Shown: piece by piece, positions 63,802 to 64,000 of the stretch
Layout of the letters: every line of letters starts with the position of its first letter
Position numbering within the stretch: position 1 is the first letter of the stretch
From: a virus
Taxonomy: Duplodnaviria; Caudoviricetes
DNA length: 64,000 bases
Virus record (IMG/VR): IMGVR_UViG_3300011335_000487
Location: 1,701-65,700 of that record
Strand: one strand, 5' to 3'
Translations under genes and position numbers: made by a program
The notes under the pieces: model-generated
What the model was told of the DNA's origin: nothing
Database searches by the model: none
The model's input: the letters and a program-made list of their open reading frames with translations, nothing else

Positions 63802-63876
63802 CTACTCCTTAAATAAAATAACGAACACTACGAACTTGACTACTACGAACCCAACGACTGCCGCTACTATGTCCAT
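63802..63876 (-). CDS. 24-aa hydrophobic micro-ORF
   Basis: MDIVAAVVGFVVVKFVVFVILFKE; AAGGAG RBS; ends in junction motif. Confidence 0.55.
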   Translation of the reverse strand: MDIVAAVVGFVVVKFVVFVILFKE

Positions 63877-63879
63877 GCC

Positions 63880-64000
63880 TCACGCACTCCTTCTTATCGG
63901 TGGGTACTTGTACGAGGCGAACTGTGCCTCCTCCTCACTACGCGCATCAGCCCACATCGTTACCTCCTGATAGCTGCGAGCGAAGCGATGCTTGGCATCA
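63880..64000 (-). CDS. Partial early gene (3' end)
   Basis: Open frame from the window edge ...DAKHRFARSYQEVTMWADARSEEEAQFASYKYPPIRRSA. Confidence 0.5.
   Translation of the reverse strand, partial: DAKHRFARSYQEVTMWADARSEEEAQFASYKYPPIRRSA

Overview
The window is most of a lytic-looking, podovirus-like tailed phage of a Gram-negative host. Host type is inferred from an embedded Rz/Rz1 spanin pair and a GH108 endolysin. It shows no tape measure, integrase, tRNA, CRISPR array or reverse transcriptase. The + strand (2.1-40.9 kb) carries the late module: terminases, portal, GroES-like co-chaperonin, Mu gpT-like major capsid, tail and fibre genes, lysis cassette and ejection proteins, including a 2611-aa LPD38-type protein. 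The - strand (40.9-64 kb and 1-1.6 kb, so probably circularly permuted) carries primase/helicase, SSB, SNF2 helicase, a Cas4-like nuclease, PolA, an AAA+/vWA-peptidase/DUF3150-like trio and many small early genes. Main finding: an unannotated ~75-nt three-hairpin small RNA (1907-1981, - strand) with its own extended -10 promoter and intrinsic terminator. Its two loops are complementary to two leader motifs repeated over the ribosome-binding sites of many early and middle genes. This looks like a multi-target antisense early-gene shut-off system encoded back-to-back with the putative late promoter. Other notable items: an early protein whose first 20 residues mimic the major capsid N-terminus; a 21-bp palindromic operator or hairpin with a compensatory change; homing endonucleases that appear to replace the C-termini of their host genes; a pseudoknotted RNA downstream of the capsid gene; and microsatellite-built NP/SE/SD/GE tracts in an ejection protein. 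No database searches were run, so family names rest on recognised motifs and gene order.
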